Assembly: GCA_002633005.1 (NCBI GenBank)
Contig: NMRA01000442.1
Coordinates: 62,001 to 126,000 of the forward strand
Direction: 5' to 3'
Length of the DNA stretch: 64,000 bases
Source of the DNA: Phoronis australis
Taxonomy: Eukaryota; Animalia; Phoronida
Within the stretch, counting starts at the first letter, position 1, and every line of letters starts with the position of its first letter. Below are positions 25,701 to 40,700 of the stretch, piece after piece. The notes beneath the pieces are model-generated. The model worked only from the letters and a program-made list of their open reading frames with translations, was not told where the DNA came from and did no database searches. The translations under genes were made by a program, and so were the position numbers.

Positions 25701-28700
25701 NNNNNNNNNNNNNNNNNNNNNNNNNNNNNNNNNNNNNNNNNNNNNNNNNNNNNNNNNNNNNNNNNNNNNNNNNNNNNNNNNNNNNNNNNNNNNNNNNNNN
25801 NNNNNNNNNNNNNNNNNNNNNNNNNNNNNNNNNNNNNNNNNNNNNNNNNNNNNNNNNNNNNNNNNNNNNNNNNNNNNNNNNNNNNNNNNNNNNNNNNNNN
25901 NNNNNNNNNNNNNNNNNNNNNNNNNNNNNNNNNNNNNNNNNNNNNNNNNNNNNNNNNNNNNNNNNNNNNNNNNNNNNNNNNNNNNNNNNNNNNNNNNNNN
26001 NNNNNNNNNNNNNNNNNNNNNNNNNNNNNNNNNNNNNNNNNNNNNNNNNNNNNNNNNNNNNNNNNNNNNNNNNNNNNNNNNNNNNNNNNNNNNNNNNNNN
26101 NNNNNNNNNNNNNNNNNNNNNNNNNNNNNNNNNNNNNNNNNNNNNNNNNNNNNNNNNNNNNNNNNNNNNNNNNNNNNNNNNNNNNNNNNNNNNNNNNNNN
26201 NNNNNNNNNNNNNNNNNNNNNNNNNNNNNNNNNNNNNNNNNNNNNNNNNNNNNNNNNNNNNCGACCCAGCAAAAGGCCCGCATCTTGGTTGTGCACTCAC
26301 TTCGACTGAACACTCAGTGCAGCACATTCAGAACCAAGACGCGGGCCCTTTGTCGAGTCATTTAGCTCATTTTCTATCGTTACCTGGATAGTAAATACAT
26401 GTCAACGGAGCAGCAACTAACATGGTAAAATATCTCTAAAAGATAACCAGGGAACTGCATTGTTACTAAAGGTAACATAAAACTGGAAGCTTTCGCCCTC
26501 AACCTTGGAATTCCCAGTGTCTTTACCACCTTTGTCATGATTTTTTTATAAAACAATCACAAAAGTTGCATTAAAATAAGACAACCCCCCCGCCCGCCTC
26601 AAAGTTACATTATACGTATACGCTATCACTGGCAACTAGCGACCACTGGGGTCATTTAACCAAAAACAACTGAGGAAGATTTTACAGAACGATGACTTGA
26701 TATACAAGAAATGTCACCCGTGCTAGCAATAACTAGTGTAAATCAACATCTCAGGATTACAACAGGAAACTGACGTCAAAATACACCTCTGTGATAAGAT
26801 TTTTCCATACGGTGCCAGGAGCTTATTGACTGTAAGCTTTACAAGTTTCTGCTTGGCAGACATTTACTACACTAGAATGTGCTTTATCAATAAGTGCAGT
26901 GTAACGGCCAATTTTTTTACTGCGTCATAGACAACCTTGATGATCTGTGGATAAAATGAATGATTTGAGACATTTCATGTGGATCACACACCAAAGCAAT
27001 TGACATCGGTTTCTAAAAACAAACTGGCATGGGTTTCACATAGTTTTACTGAAGTTATACAACAAATTTGTTAGAAATTGACATAAGAATGTACTAGGCA
27101 AACGTAAATAGGGGTGAGAGGGAGAACACCATTGAACCATGATTTCAGACTAAATTTTAATAAAAAACAACATTTTTTTCTTTCCACGTTGCACAATTTT
27201 CAAAGACAGGTCTCCCATTTTTGAAAATAAACTTGTGGTTTAGTGAAAAGCAACACTCTGATCCGTTCCCCACTTCTACCAAAGCAAGTAGATCACAAAA
27301 ATTATTCAGATTCAAAGTCGTTATTTCCATCACCATTTTACGAATTTATGCAGGTCAACACTGGGATGCAAAATTTTAATCAGTGAAAAATGTAGGCCAC
27401 TATTGCTATCTGTATGAAAGCCAGAGGGGGACATCTCCAGGCCAGTACTATCTGTTACTGGAGAAATAGGTAAACAACCGATTGGAACCAACACCACTAT
27501 CTGAGCACTCTGTTGTCCAAGGCAAAACAGCTGAAATTATATTCAATGCTGCGTCCAAGGGTCAAAAACGACCAACTTCAAAGTAAGACAAAATAGGAAT
27601 GCACTGGTTTATGAAACCAAAAACAACACTTATGAGCTCCAATGCGACCACAGTATAATCATAGAAAACAAGTATTAAAACTTGCCTTATTTCATGATTT
27701 AATTTTTTGTGACCAGCACAAAATTAAATCAAAATATGCAACACTCGCCACAGTGTTACACTGGATGTCCCGAGGTAAAAGTCATATTACCATAAAAAGC
27801 CTAAACTTGGACAAACTTGAAATTATCATTGCCAATCAGCCATCCCCCATTCTATTCAATGGATTTTTCAAACAATATTTATATTAATCTATTCAACATT
27901 TTGCAAAATCAGATTGCAAGGTTATGCTATTCTAAAAACGAGTATGTTTCATTGGCATAACTACCAACAAAGAGAACAAAAGTTCGAGACAGTTTCAACA
28001 CACCGAAATTACCGCCTAATAGCTCTACCCAAGACATAATGTGCCCGTGAAAAGCTACAAGTGTCAGTTGGCCACTGAAACAAAGTGTGCGTGGCAACAC
28101 AATAGTCACACTACTCATCTATACGGGTTGCGCATGCGGAACTGCCCTTAAACAAACGCAATCCAACGATGTTCACGCCAAAGGAAAAATGCAGGCTTCC
28201 TTTTATTGCAGTTAGCCCAGAATTCATAATTACTGCTACAGTTCAGCTGGAACCAAACAAACAGTTGCTCCTGCAGTAATTGGCTTCTAATCAGAAACAT
28301 GCGGTGTAAGTGCTTAAAAAAAATGTCTATCACATTTCTGTGGTAAAGGGAAGTAAAAAAATCCAAAGCATCTGTCAATCAAGCGTGACTTTTGATTGGT
28401 TCATATTAGGTAACAAAACATTGAACTCTCAGAGTGCCCTGGGCTCGAAAACAGACTTCCCACTAGGCAGTTCAGTTCTTGGTTAACTGATAAGATCCTT
28501 CAAGTGGTTGGATTCATCTGCACTGGCTGATCATAACACAAAATGAATGCTATTCCCAGTTTTATACACTATCTGAAGAAATGAAAAGCAGTGGCTGTGA
28601 GCGCACTGATTGGCGCTCAATTTCTTAAGTTGTAAATCTCATACAACTTGCACAATACGAAAATACACAAGACTTTAGAAATCCCAAAACTGTGTTAGAT

Positions 28701-31700
28701 GGAACAAAGATTAATGGATCTAAGACAAAATATTGAGGAAAATCTGTTCCGAAACAACTTACATCAACACATCCAACAGAAAATTATTATGAAAATTGTT
28801 ATTTTTCTCATTTTGAAGGCATCTATCATTGCTGTGAATGTCAAAACTTGTTAAGAAATATACCATGTTGATAGCTGCAGCACACAACTTCGAAATAGAA
28901 AAACACTAAACAATTTAGTGTAAACTATATTTTATGAAAAATATTAAAAAATAAAACAAAACAATGAGTTTGACAAAACTGGCAAAATTCTGTTGTTTAT
29001 TAATATGAAGTTATTGGATCGGCCCAACTGTCTCCATATATTTCTCCTGCTCTTACTTTTTCGTGAACCATTCACATTTTCTAATTGTTTTCAAGCTCAC
29101 GTAACAAGCGTCGTGCAAACGCGACTTGATAACAGTAACCACAACAGCACTGTCGCAAAAATGTCACAGTGTCAAAACAGGTGTCAGATCACGAACTCAG
29201 GCCTTAAGACTTACCGTTGTTGACGCACTTGAATTTGGCACAACAAAAGCCAGGTTGCCTCAGGGCTGGGGACAGGATGCTTATCTTGGTGCCGGCTGGA
29301 CACTCCACAGGAGGGCAGGAGTCGGCCAGACACTGACAGCTAGGGAAGAGAAAGAACACCAACGGTGACATTTTGACTATTTGATAACTGTCTACAAAAG
29401 GCAGCTGCCGCAGGTGCATTCACTACAGGGTAGTGTGTGGAGTGTCACAAGGTGACTCCCCAAAGAAAATTTCAAGACATGCCAGGCCTGGAAACTATTA
29501 GTGAGCGTCATCTGAAGAAGCTATGGTAAAACCTTACCAATTTCAGATAAAATTAATTCCAGGAATTGGTCTTTTTTCATTCTAGTTCTTTGTCATCTCG
29601 TGTCCTAAATTGATGAAATTTTACAGTGAAGCAATAAATAAATTACCAAAAATTGTCACTTTTATATGCTATAAATTAGTGCTGGTTTGTGTTTGATGTG
29701 GAATACAAACTATGCGGTCAATAATAAAGTAAAGTTTTCGCAATGCTCATTTTTGTTGAGCATTTTAAGGCAAAATCAAACTCCACACTTTTGTCACATT
29801 GATTGCCACGGAGGAGAAGAACGACAGTACATTGCAAACCAGAGGCAACCTTTTCAAATGAATTAATCTGACATGTGCTTGCCAGTAAAATTTCAAGTGA
29901 CTTCTCATCTGACAAATGTATTCCATTCCAACACACATTTAGCCATTAAAAGTAACACAAGGCAAACATGAAGTACTTAAACCTATCATTAATATATCAA
30001 ATTCGTTTCAAGGAAGTTATCCAAAATTTAGTCTCTAAATAACATAATTGGTCAGACATTACAGATAATTTACTCTATAAACAAGCTCTGCATTTCATTA
30101 CAAAGTGCAGTGGTCATTTCTAACAAAACTTTCAAGCCAGTCAGATTTACAGAAATGAACTCTCATTCCTCACAGATACATGGCTCAGTACATTCTGCAA
30201 TACAGTAACAATACAACAACAAGTAATAAAGTTATTAACATTGACAATGTCTCCACTGCAGATGAACATGGATACTGGTGCATCTAACTTTTATTACCAC
30301 ATGTTTCCAAACACTCAACTCTGCCATTCATAAATACAGACAGAGTGAAAAATAACAGCTGAAGGCAGATTCAACAACTGATAACTTGTAGACATAATTT
30401 TGGCGACTCCTCAGTCCTGGGGAACCATGTGTGAAAGGAACCATCTAAATTGGCTTGTTTTCACAGACACCCCAGACTGGTAAAACCAACACCTAATTTG
30501 TAAAGACTCCAACCACAGACATGTAAACAAATACATTACATAACCGTTACATAACCACACCCTAGCAGACAACCACAGTCTGGCTCTCAACTTCAGCCAA
30601 CCAATGGGGGTGCTGCATTTATGGCCGCAATCACAGCCACTGACTATAGTCTCCAAAAAAGAACTGGAAAGAAATTAAAGGTAAATAGTGATATCACCAT
30701 GTGGGTAGAAACTAATCAAGCCAGCCTTCATTATACTCATTGTTTGAAAGGAAAATAAACAAACTTTGACAGCAGATGGTAAAAGAAGACAAGTGCAAAA
30801 TGACCAAGCAAGCTCCTGTGTCCAGTGCAATACACTTCATTACTGCTTCAACAGGCTCAGCCATACATCGTATCACCCCAATATAGGACTACACAAATTA
30901 CAGGGGTTTGAACCAACCTTTTAGCAGTTTACTTGTTTCACTGATTCATGAAACTTACAGGAAATGGGACATAAATGTTACTCCACACATATCCAATAGC
31001 CATGTTGATTTACTATAACTTTCCAAGTTATCGATAGATCATTCCCAGAGAGCTCTTGACTGAGGCCATTTTTGTGTCACCGGAGGAGTCCTAATGGATT
31101 TGTGGAGTGCTGTGAGTTGCATCATTTTGTCAAATCTTCCATACAAGTGCCAGCTTTTCAGCATTGACTATTTCAATCGGCTTGAAAACCTGATGCAGGA
31201 TAATTAATTTCTCGTGAAAGCTGGTTTTAGAGACCGGAATAGTTTCAACGCATGGCACAAATGAATGCAATCTTGTAAAACACATCTATGGAGTCAGAAT
31301 AAAAGAAATTCCGTGATTATTTGCTCCAAGTCTAAGGAATGCATGTATGTCCAAGCAGCAAATGAGGACATATTTATGCATCCACCTGACACTCATGTGA
31401 ACTATCAACATTTTACAAAAGTTTGACCAGATTGTAAACGTGAGATATGAAGTATTAAAGCACAGCTGTAGTAATGCAGCAGTACTTTAAAGTTGACAAA
31501 AGAAAGTAGACCACTGAAATGAAATGATACAAGAGCAATGGAATGAACCAACAGTTGGTCAAATGTCAGAGATATTAGAGTGTGCTGCATTGTTCTCCTA
31601 CATTCCTCAGTAGGCACACAATAAGATAGTTCTCAATCGGCCAAACAACTCTTTTTATCATACCTTTTCAGGTAAGGCAACACTTTGTGGCATGCTATAA

Positions 31701-34700
31701 ACAGTACACAACAACCGTTTTGCGCAAATGCGTCCATTTCGATTATGTTCACACAGCAGCCGCCATTGAATGATCACATTTCAAAGAGAAACTTCTGAAT
31801 ATCAAGGCCATGAAATAGAAAAGAAAATAAATCAAAAAATTCCCGCCCAGCATCCCAGAAACCACAATCACACGGATACTTGGTGCTTTATGTCTCATCA
31901 TGAACTCGGATTTATAAGGAAACAGATGAAATCTTCTTTTTAAACCTACAGTGTGGACAAACGTCAGTCACATAAAACGAATATCTGCAGCAGACGGCAA
32001 AACCAGTAGTTTCCAATATGGTGGAACAGTAAAATTCTGTTTTATCAAAATTTTCAATAAGAATAAACAAGAAAACAATTTTACTTGATTATTTGAAAAT
32101 TTTATACAGTACCTTCGTCATCAACAAATAAATGAACATTTTTGGTAACATAGTGAGTATTTGAAAAAAGGAAAAATGAGTTTTGACCTTCATTTTTGTT
32201 AGAATTTGTTTAATTTTACTGAACCAGCCACTTGGTACATTCGCAAACAAAATGGCTGACAGGAAAAATAAATAAACTGGTACAATTATCTTGCGCTTTT
32301 CGACCACCATCTGCATAACAAAAAGTGTCTATTAAGTCAGCAGAGAAAGAAAACAGTACAATTTCAAACCCGTTTTGTAATTGCAAACTTGATTTGGGTT
32401 CAACCTAAGTCGAAGCGTGTGTTAACTGGAATATTCACATCCTGACACTGACAGGCAAATAAAAACTTCAACTGATTAGGTTAAACGATAGATTTACAAC
32501 ACAGTTCAACTAAAATCTAAAAGGTTTGTGACTAAAAATACTTCAACGATAATGCTCCCTTAGCAAGAACATGGGCATGTTATTGAGTTTTAGACAGATA
32601 CGGTTATTAATAACCCGAGGGAAATTTCTTTATCGTTGTACCAATTCGGGCAATAGTCAGATATGACATGCCCAAATCTTGATAACCAGTTTACTCCACT
32701 GAATAAGGGGCATCAAACTGGTTCTCAAAATGTAGGCATGTTATGGCCGACTATTGCCCCAATTCTCATAATTAAACTGTAGCGTTTCCCAGAAACACTT
32801 CAACTATTATTGATGTGTCCCCAGAGTATCACCAGTGATGAAATAACTAATTCTCAAGAATTTAAACTTATTTCTAGACGAGATTGAACCAATGATTATA
32901 AGCTACAAACAGGATAAACAACTTCTAAGTTGATAGAGCTTCACATAAAAAGCGGCATAACAACTGAAAAATTGTACCAGAGGGCCTCAGGCTTCACAAT
33001 GGCTAAGGATGTAGAGCTGCCATGCACTGGCAGGCCTATTTAAACCAATGGCTTAGGTCCAATCAGTGTTTTACAGCATTTTTGTTTTGAGAGAATTTTC
33101 TGTTTCTGCTCTGTAGTGTTGATTTCTCTGGCTACAGTAAAAACTTGTGTGAAGAATATGCTTGTTTTCAACATGTAAACGTGACCACTGGTCATTGATC
33201 ATGATCCTTAAATTTTAGTGGGTCCATTTCAAAAAATTAGGTACAAGTTCTAATTAAAAATAATTAATCTGTCACCGCGCCAAACTTGAGAATTTTAAGC
33301 GAAGTTTGTTTTTTCACTACCCACATTGCTAAAACGTAATTGGCGTTACACTGCATCCAGTCTCGGCAATAAACTAACGAACGCAAGGCTAGCTATACGT
33401 GTTCTCTCCCCTACCCATGCTATGCTCTTTGAAGCTAACAGTCCGCCCACATATAAGTGCTTGTGAAAAGGCTAACAGTCTTGGGCTAACTCAGAAAAGC
33501 ATCAACAAAAATGACCCTTGCAACCATCCGCATCATTAGCATTTTCGCTACAGAAAATGCTGGTGAAAACAACATTAGTAGTTTAGAGATAACTCAAACC
33601 ATAGCTAAAAGTGACCCTTGCAACCGTTCAGTTCATATCGCTGGCATTTTCGCGACTACAGCAAGCACCAGAGAAAGCAATAACATTTCAGCCAGAATCA
33701 GAATGGGGTATCTGTCTAGTGCTGTCTGCGTGTTCGTTTGTTGAGTACTGTCTACAAGTCAGCATGCCCCAGCACTTTTTGCATGTTAGCTTGTCCAATG
33801 AGTGCTCTTAGTCATTAGTTGTTAGTCGGTTGCTATTAACATATTAACCACTCAGTTGAGATCTGAGATCCCTCATTTGGGTAATAAGTAATTGGAAGAC
33901 TGTGTTAACATGATGATGCTTGTGATCATTTTCAATCCTGCTGAGAAAACTCCAATTAAAACTTCAGGCGAACAGCCACAGGTCATGAGTGTTGATGGCC
34001 AAAAATAACAGAGGCGGTATGACCACAAACTGTTAACACTAACGTTAGAAGGAGAGGGATGCCTTGGAGAAAGGGGCACAGTGAAAATGAAACCTAGGAG
34101 ATAGTCCATTGATTAAAATGACTGGACAAAGACATTCATGAACAGATGACTACTGGAATTCTACAGAACAAATATAAACTTTATAGTTATTTTACCAACA
34201 TTTTGCTAACTAGAAATGGTAAAAAGGGGATTGTACCGCAAGAGAAGTTCCCATTGTGAGCAAATTTTAACCGGACTTCAAAGGAACAAGAAGCCGTATC
34301 TTGTTTCTTATAAACTCACGTAGACGTTCAGTTTCCGGTGTAACAAGAAAATTTTTCATCGATGCATCGGTCCAAAAAGCATAGTTGGGTCTGGTCTTTA
34401 CCTGACTCATTCTGAGACTTGCGCTCATCAACTAAATAAATAAAAATGCCTAACCGAATCAACTTCAGGCAAGGTTTGATGTTTTTTTAAAAAGCTACAG
34501 AAAGGCATGTAAGCAAGCGTAAGCAAAAGTAAGCAAGGACCGCCATTCCCTCGCCACAGGTAGATTTTCTTTTTTTGAATAAAAGTGAGCAACTGCCGAC
34601 TCAACTTTCAAAAAAAGACCAGAACCAAATTTGCTTTAGTTTGGTCGAATATACATCCACTTCCGAAATAACAGGAAAGAAAATCAACGATTCCACACTC

Positions 34701-37700
34701 CGTGATTTCTTGTCAATCAACTTTTAAGGCTCTAAAATTTCCAACATGTCATAGATGATGTTGCCTAGCTTGATAAATGAAGACACCAGAGTCCACAATT
34801 CTGCATAAATTCCTGACAACATTCTTTTCTAACAGGAATATTCTTCACCAGTCATTTGTTAAATTGAAACATTCTTCAGTGACAAGTGAAGACAAACGGT
34901 CTCCCATTAACAAAATTTAACAAATGAATGTAGTTAATTGTTTCAAGGTAAGTAGTTACGTAACTTTGCTCTGGTGCCAAAAGCAATTTTCTTCAAAGGC
35001 AAATTTCCTCATCCAAAGCAACCTCATCTTTTGTTTGGATTAAAATTGGTCGCAGTAAGATGTCCAGAATCCCCCCCCNTTACTGGAAATCCTGGTCAGA
35101 AGCAATGATGAACCATCAGTGCTTCTCGAACTTAAAATCATTTCTAATCTCACTAATAAACAAGATGAAACCGATTTTATTGCAATAGGTAGTCTAAATC
35201 AAAAGTTGTTTTTGACAGAAAGCGTGGATTTATTCCTCTAGCATAATCACTACCATTATTGCTCCTACTTTGCAACTTTCAATCTGCATCACTTCCTAAG
35301 CTTTTAAACTGTCCACAAATGCCTTCCACTGTCCAATTTCACAACTTTCAGTAAGGACAAAGGGAAGTGATCAGACAACTGGCAGACTGTCACTGCTCAT
35401 TGCCCTCACTCCATCAGGACGTCAGGGATGGTTCACTTTTTAAGTGGCCCATAACAGAGAACCACAACAACACCTACTGATATCCTGCTGTTTATCTACA
35501 GATCAACTCACCCTTGGTGAACAAGACAACAGCCATCTGAGGTGACAAGGCTGGGCAGACGGTAACTATCAGATGGACAGTCAATGTCGGCCAGCTCATC
35601 CAGGGGGCAGTGCACATCGCGACAGTGGTTTTCTGAAATAAAAGATGTTAAGAGATGAGCTCAACTATGAAATTATATGGCAATAAGTTTTTCACTAGGT
35701 GGCGCAAGTGAGACAATGGCACACCAGTCTGCAGAAATGCACACATTCAAGTAGTCAGGTAGGATTTTGAAAACTTACCAGAAACGCCCTGACATAGACA
35801 AATGCCTGTTCTCATCTTATTGTGATAATAAAAAGGGCCCGTCTTTAGTGCCATCTAGTGAATATCAAACCTACAACTTCACGCCATAAAATTTCAATTG
35901 TTACTCAAGTATTCTGAAACAAAATGAGGACAAATATAATTTTGGAATTTTAGGTGAGACTACCGTACACATCCTGGGCACGCAGTTCCTGTGACTGTAA
36001 TATTGGGACTCTCCATATTTCAATCGATACTCTTATTTTTGTATAATTGTTTTGATTTTGCATTTGCTTAAAAGAATAAGTCAAGTCCTCTATTAAGGAG
36101 AATTAATGATTCTGCTTTTCTACAGTTATGTTCTGTTCAGGAGGAAATCAAAAAGCCAATATTGGGCCTGAGAGAGTGCGCGGACCCATAGTTGAATTTC
36201 GCCGTTTAGCAGGCTACAAAACGAAAATCAAATTAGGGCTTACGCTATGATGATGACGCGTACATGCACCATTTTCAAATTCGCAATTTTATGGTAGCCC
36301 AACCCCAAGGAAGTCTGATGCATTGCCTGGAGTCATTGATGGTTTCGAATGGAAATAGAATACCACGGTATCATGGTAAGGAGTGGGTCCCTACATACCA
36401 CGGTATCATGGTAAGGAGTAGGACCCTACAAAAGTTTCCAAATTGGGCTAACTTCAGAACATCATATTTCAAACATAGTTAATTGGGCTAAAATGAAAGT
36501 TCCAGAAACTATGCTTTATGCACTGTTAAGGTTTGTTTTTAAAATGACCCACTTCTGCAAGAAGAACTGTAAAAATAGAACTTTCACAATTTTATGAAAA
36601 CTGAAAAGTTGCACAAAACAATAATTTAAATAGCTGTATGAGAGGTACTGAGTTTCATCTTGAACATTTACCCATATCAAGCAGAATTTGGTTATACTAT
36701 TCAAGTCACTGTTTTGATACAAATGTACCTTTTGCTGAATTTTACTAAAAAAAACATGGTCACATTATCTGACAAAATCAAATTGTACAGCCTTTCTACT
36801 TTCAGAAAATACATACTTTTAGAAAGTTAAACTTTTATAGTTCTGTAGATATTTGGTTGAATGCAGTGACTTTGATAAGGTCCTGGACACCTGTCATAAA
36901 CCCGTCAACAACTAATTAAATACAAAAAGCATAAAGATGTCCGTTAATTACGCCAACATTATGCTGAAATTTACCAAACAAGACATGATTACACTGAATT
37001 ATTTGCAAAAGAAATTATGGATATCAAGTGCTTGAGAAAACATTTTACCAATAGTCAAGCAAGTAGGGGCAACACAACATGTGATGGAACAGTGAAATCC
37101 TATTGTAAGAAAATTCTATAAAATAATTATGAGAATTTTAATTCTTTATTACGGTACCAGTTTGTATACTACAGCTCAGCAGACATCAACCAAAACATTT
37201 TGAAATTCTGGTCGTCTTCATCAACATAATGAGTTATTGAAAACTGACAATTAGTGCTTTTGGGTTTTTTATTTGAATTTGAAGAAACTATACCCTACAT
37301 TCATGTCCTACCTTGTCCACATATGGAAATACTCCACTGCAAAACCTGGAACCCTACCAACAATAACCGCAGTGTATTACGAACCATAGTGTCCAATGAC
37401 CAAACCAATTCATGAATGACCAGCTATTACACAAATCGGCAATGTTATACCCCACTAATTTACAGGGTGAGGCAAATGCCACCATTTACCACAGCAACAT
37501 GGAAGCATAACCTATGTACAAATGAAATTTCAAGCCAGGGTGATTTACGAAAAGTATTTGCAATAACGAAGGCAGAAATAAATGCCACTGTAAGGGTAAA
37601 TGGCAAGAATGGTGTGGGTATGAGAATTTTGGATTAGAGGATCGCATTTTCTTAGATTCATTACAATTGCATTGCCTCCAGAATATCCCCTTGTCTATTA

Positions 37701-40700
37701 CAGTAAAATCTCACCAATTTCGGACAAAAATATTTGCAACAATTGGCCTTTTTCATTTTCTCCTAACATTATTGTGAATGCTCACAGTTATGGTATACTA
37801 GTTAAAAATGATAAGCCTTTATTTAGGTGCTAATTTGTCTCCTAAGACACAAATGAAAAAATCAATTTCTTTGGTATGCTATTTTGTGTCCTAAATTGGT
37901 GAGAACTAATCATACTCAGACAAGCGTGATTAACCACTGTCTTACCAAGTTTTGCAAGTGAATTTGATTAGGCAAGGTTCCCTTGTTGTAATTTAAATGC
38001 TTACTGGACAGGTACAATAATTTTCACACTTTTGTTAATTATTTTAGTGCAAACTGAAAAATTATCCACACCTGTCTATCTAAAAGGCATGTTACATAAT
38101 AACGTTCTTCCACCAAAAATATTCTGATAAGACAAAATTTCCACTATCCCTCCAATCATGATGACTAGGCTGAAGCAAAATTCATCATCAGGATAGTCTT
38201 CCCTCATGACCGAGAGTGAAAGTGAAATAACAAGAGAGTTTGAGGGGTGGCTACGCTTTTCTGTGATTAGTATTTTGTCGTTTTTGCTGTTAACAGAATT
38301 AGCCGTTGTAATGAGGACACGGTTATTTACCTGACACCTTTTGTCATGTACTGCATTAACACAATCACTCTTAACAGCAAATACAAAATATTGAAGTTAT
38401 CCTTAGATTAATAGCTTGATACGTCAATAAAGCAACCCCTTCCGAGCAATTCCTTGGAAGTTCATCACGTTAAAATGTCAGAACTATGTCGAAACCATAA
38501 AAACAAGTTGGTTTCATTCATGCCTAATTGAGACAAATTGGCAAGAATTGAGGAAAATAAATTCAGGGAAACGCCTCAAATAATTTTCCCTCCGCAGGAG
38601 GCAATTGTTTTAAACTGCTATGGTAATTGACAACAATTGACAACAAATGTACCGCTTACTCAAATGGAAGAGTACAGCCATAAACCGTCAGCACAGGGAG
38701 AGTGAGTTTTCTTAAAATTACTTCGAAATTGGAAGTCTTCAAAAAAACTTAAAACGTGGTCAACCTTACCTTATCAAAATGTGATTTAAAAATTCAAAGC
38801 AAAACTTAGTTACAGACATCAGACACTTCAAAACTGGCAAGTGTCAGATGTAATTTACTTCAAAAAAGTTTCATTCTAGTTCCCATAAAGTGCATTAAAA
38901 CTCCATACATAAGAAAATGAGCAGTCCTTGTTGTTTGTTGAATGTTTCTACATACGTGTTTTTTCTATTAATGCATACACTAGTGTACGAATTAATAGAA
39001 AAAACACCGTAGTCAAATGACATGATCAATTGCTGGACTGCTAATAACAGATCGAAATTAATAAGTTTATATTTCATTCCTGTTATTGCTAACTGGTTAA
39101 AACAATATAATAGTCAGCCAGCCTTAAAGAATTTTCAACACTAGAAAACAGATAAAAAAATCGGAATATTGTCAAAAAATTAGCGTGAACGACGAAAGAT
39201 TGACAGACAATTGCTATGATGCTATTCACAATATAACTAGGACACACACAGAGGCTTCCTAGTTCCTACTGATCCTATGATGGAACAAGACCATTAAGAA
39301 ATCCCTACTAAAATGAGGTTACCACTAATCTTTTGAGAATGGGTTATTAAAAACTGGTTCAAGGCAGAGACATGTCAAGTCCCAGTGAACATTCCTTCCC
39401 AGTGTGTAATGTTATTACAGTAGAATGTGATAGATAACATAAAGCCAAGTTGTGTCAAGTCTGAGGACCATCATCTCCTGACTGACAAGTCAGGCAAGGT
39501 GTTTATTCAACTAGTTCAACTCGCAGTCATTACATCTCCGAACAGCGTAGACAAAGTACTGGTTAACGCACCTGTCTGACTTAGCACCAACCTTCTAAAT
39601 TACTATATTTTCACGTTTCAACGTTCATGCTCATCGGCATCTACCCCCAATCTATACGATTAGTGTCCCATGCAATGTCTGTGGACGTCCATCTTGTGAC
39701 TATTTCAGCTCCAAAACATACAAATTCCCCTCACCTTTAAGAAATTAGCAATCAGTGTTTAAGGTTAGGAAGGCCTCATTGACATGCCTGTGAATTCAAC
39801 CAAATATCTATAAAACTGTAGATTTTAACCCAGTAAAAGCCGTATGTATTTTTGAAAGCAGAAAGCTTGTACAACTTGGTTTCAGGCTCGTTACCAATCT
39901 GCGACACAAAAAATCTGCCACTAATTGGGTCATGTGGCCTTGTATTTTTTGTAAAATTTAGCAAAAAAGAAAGGTACAGTCGTACATTGAAAGCAAAATG
40001 AAGATATCACTGACATGAAATTTCAAAAACGTTAGTTTTCTTAACATTCTGTTTTTGTTTCAAGCATCATTTGAGTTTTTTATAAAATCATAAAAATCAC
40101 AAAAGCCCTATTTTTGATAGACCCTTGTGCAAAAGTGTAACCTTTTAAGGATATTTCCTGATACAACAGTGCATAAAGTTTAATGTAAATCCTGTCAATC
40201 ACTTCTGAGAGTACGTCTGTTACAAATTTGGACATTTTTCAAAGGGCCCCACATAAACGGCAAAATACTGGCAGTCTCAGTCTTCTACTCGATTGTTGTG
40301 CGCGAGCCCAACTTGTTTACCCTAATCGACCATTTGGGTAACCTTGTACCTTCCCTTCCCACGCTCAGTGTGATGCCAACCCAGTGATTTTTGAGTTCCC
40401 TAATTTAAGCAGCCTGTGATTTAACCAGACAAGTATACACATTCACATAACCACTTCAAACATCGGTGCACATTCCAGAATGATGTAGAAATAGTGACAG
40501 GTAACAAAAATTAATATTGAATTAAGGTTCCTTTAAGTCCCGTCCACACACGCACTTATCCTGGCACAACATGCACTAGTAGAAATTGCCCCACTTTAAG
40601 CGGAGCCTCCACACACATATAACTGATAAGTGGCACAATGTGGAGTTGTCATTATGATGTGAATAGGGAGCCAAGTTGCCACAAGTGAGGCAAGTTGTAC

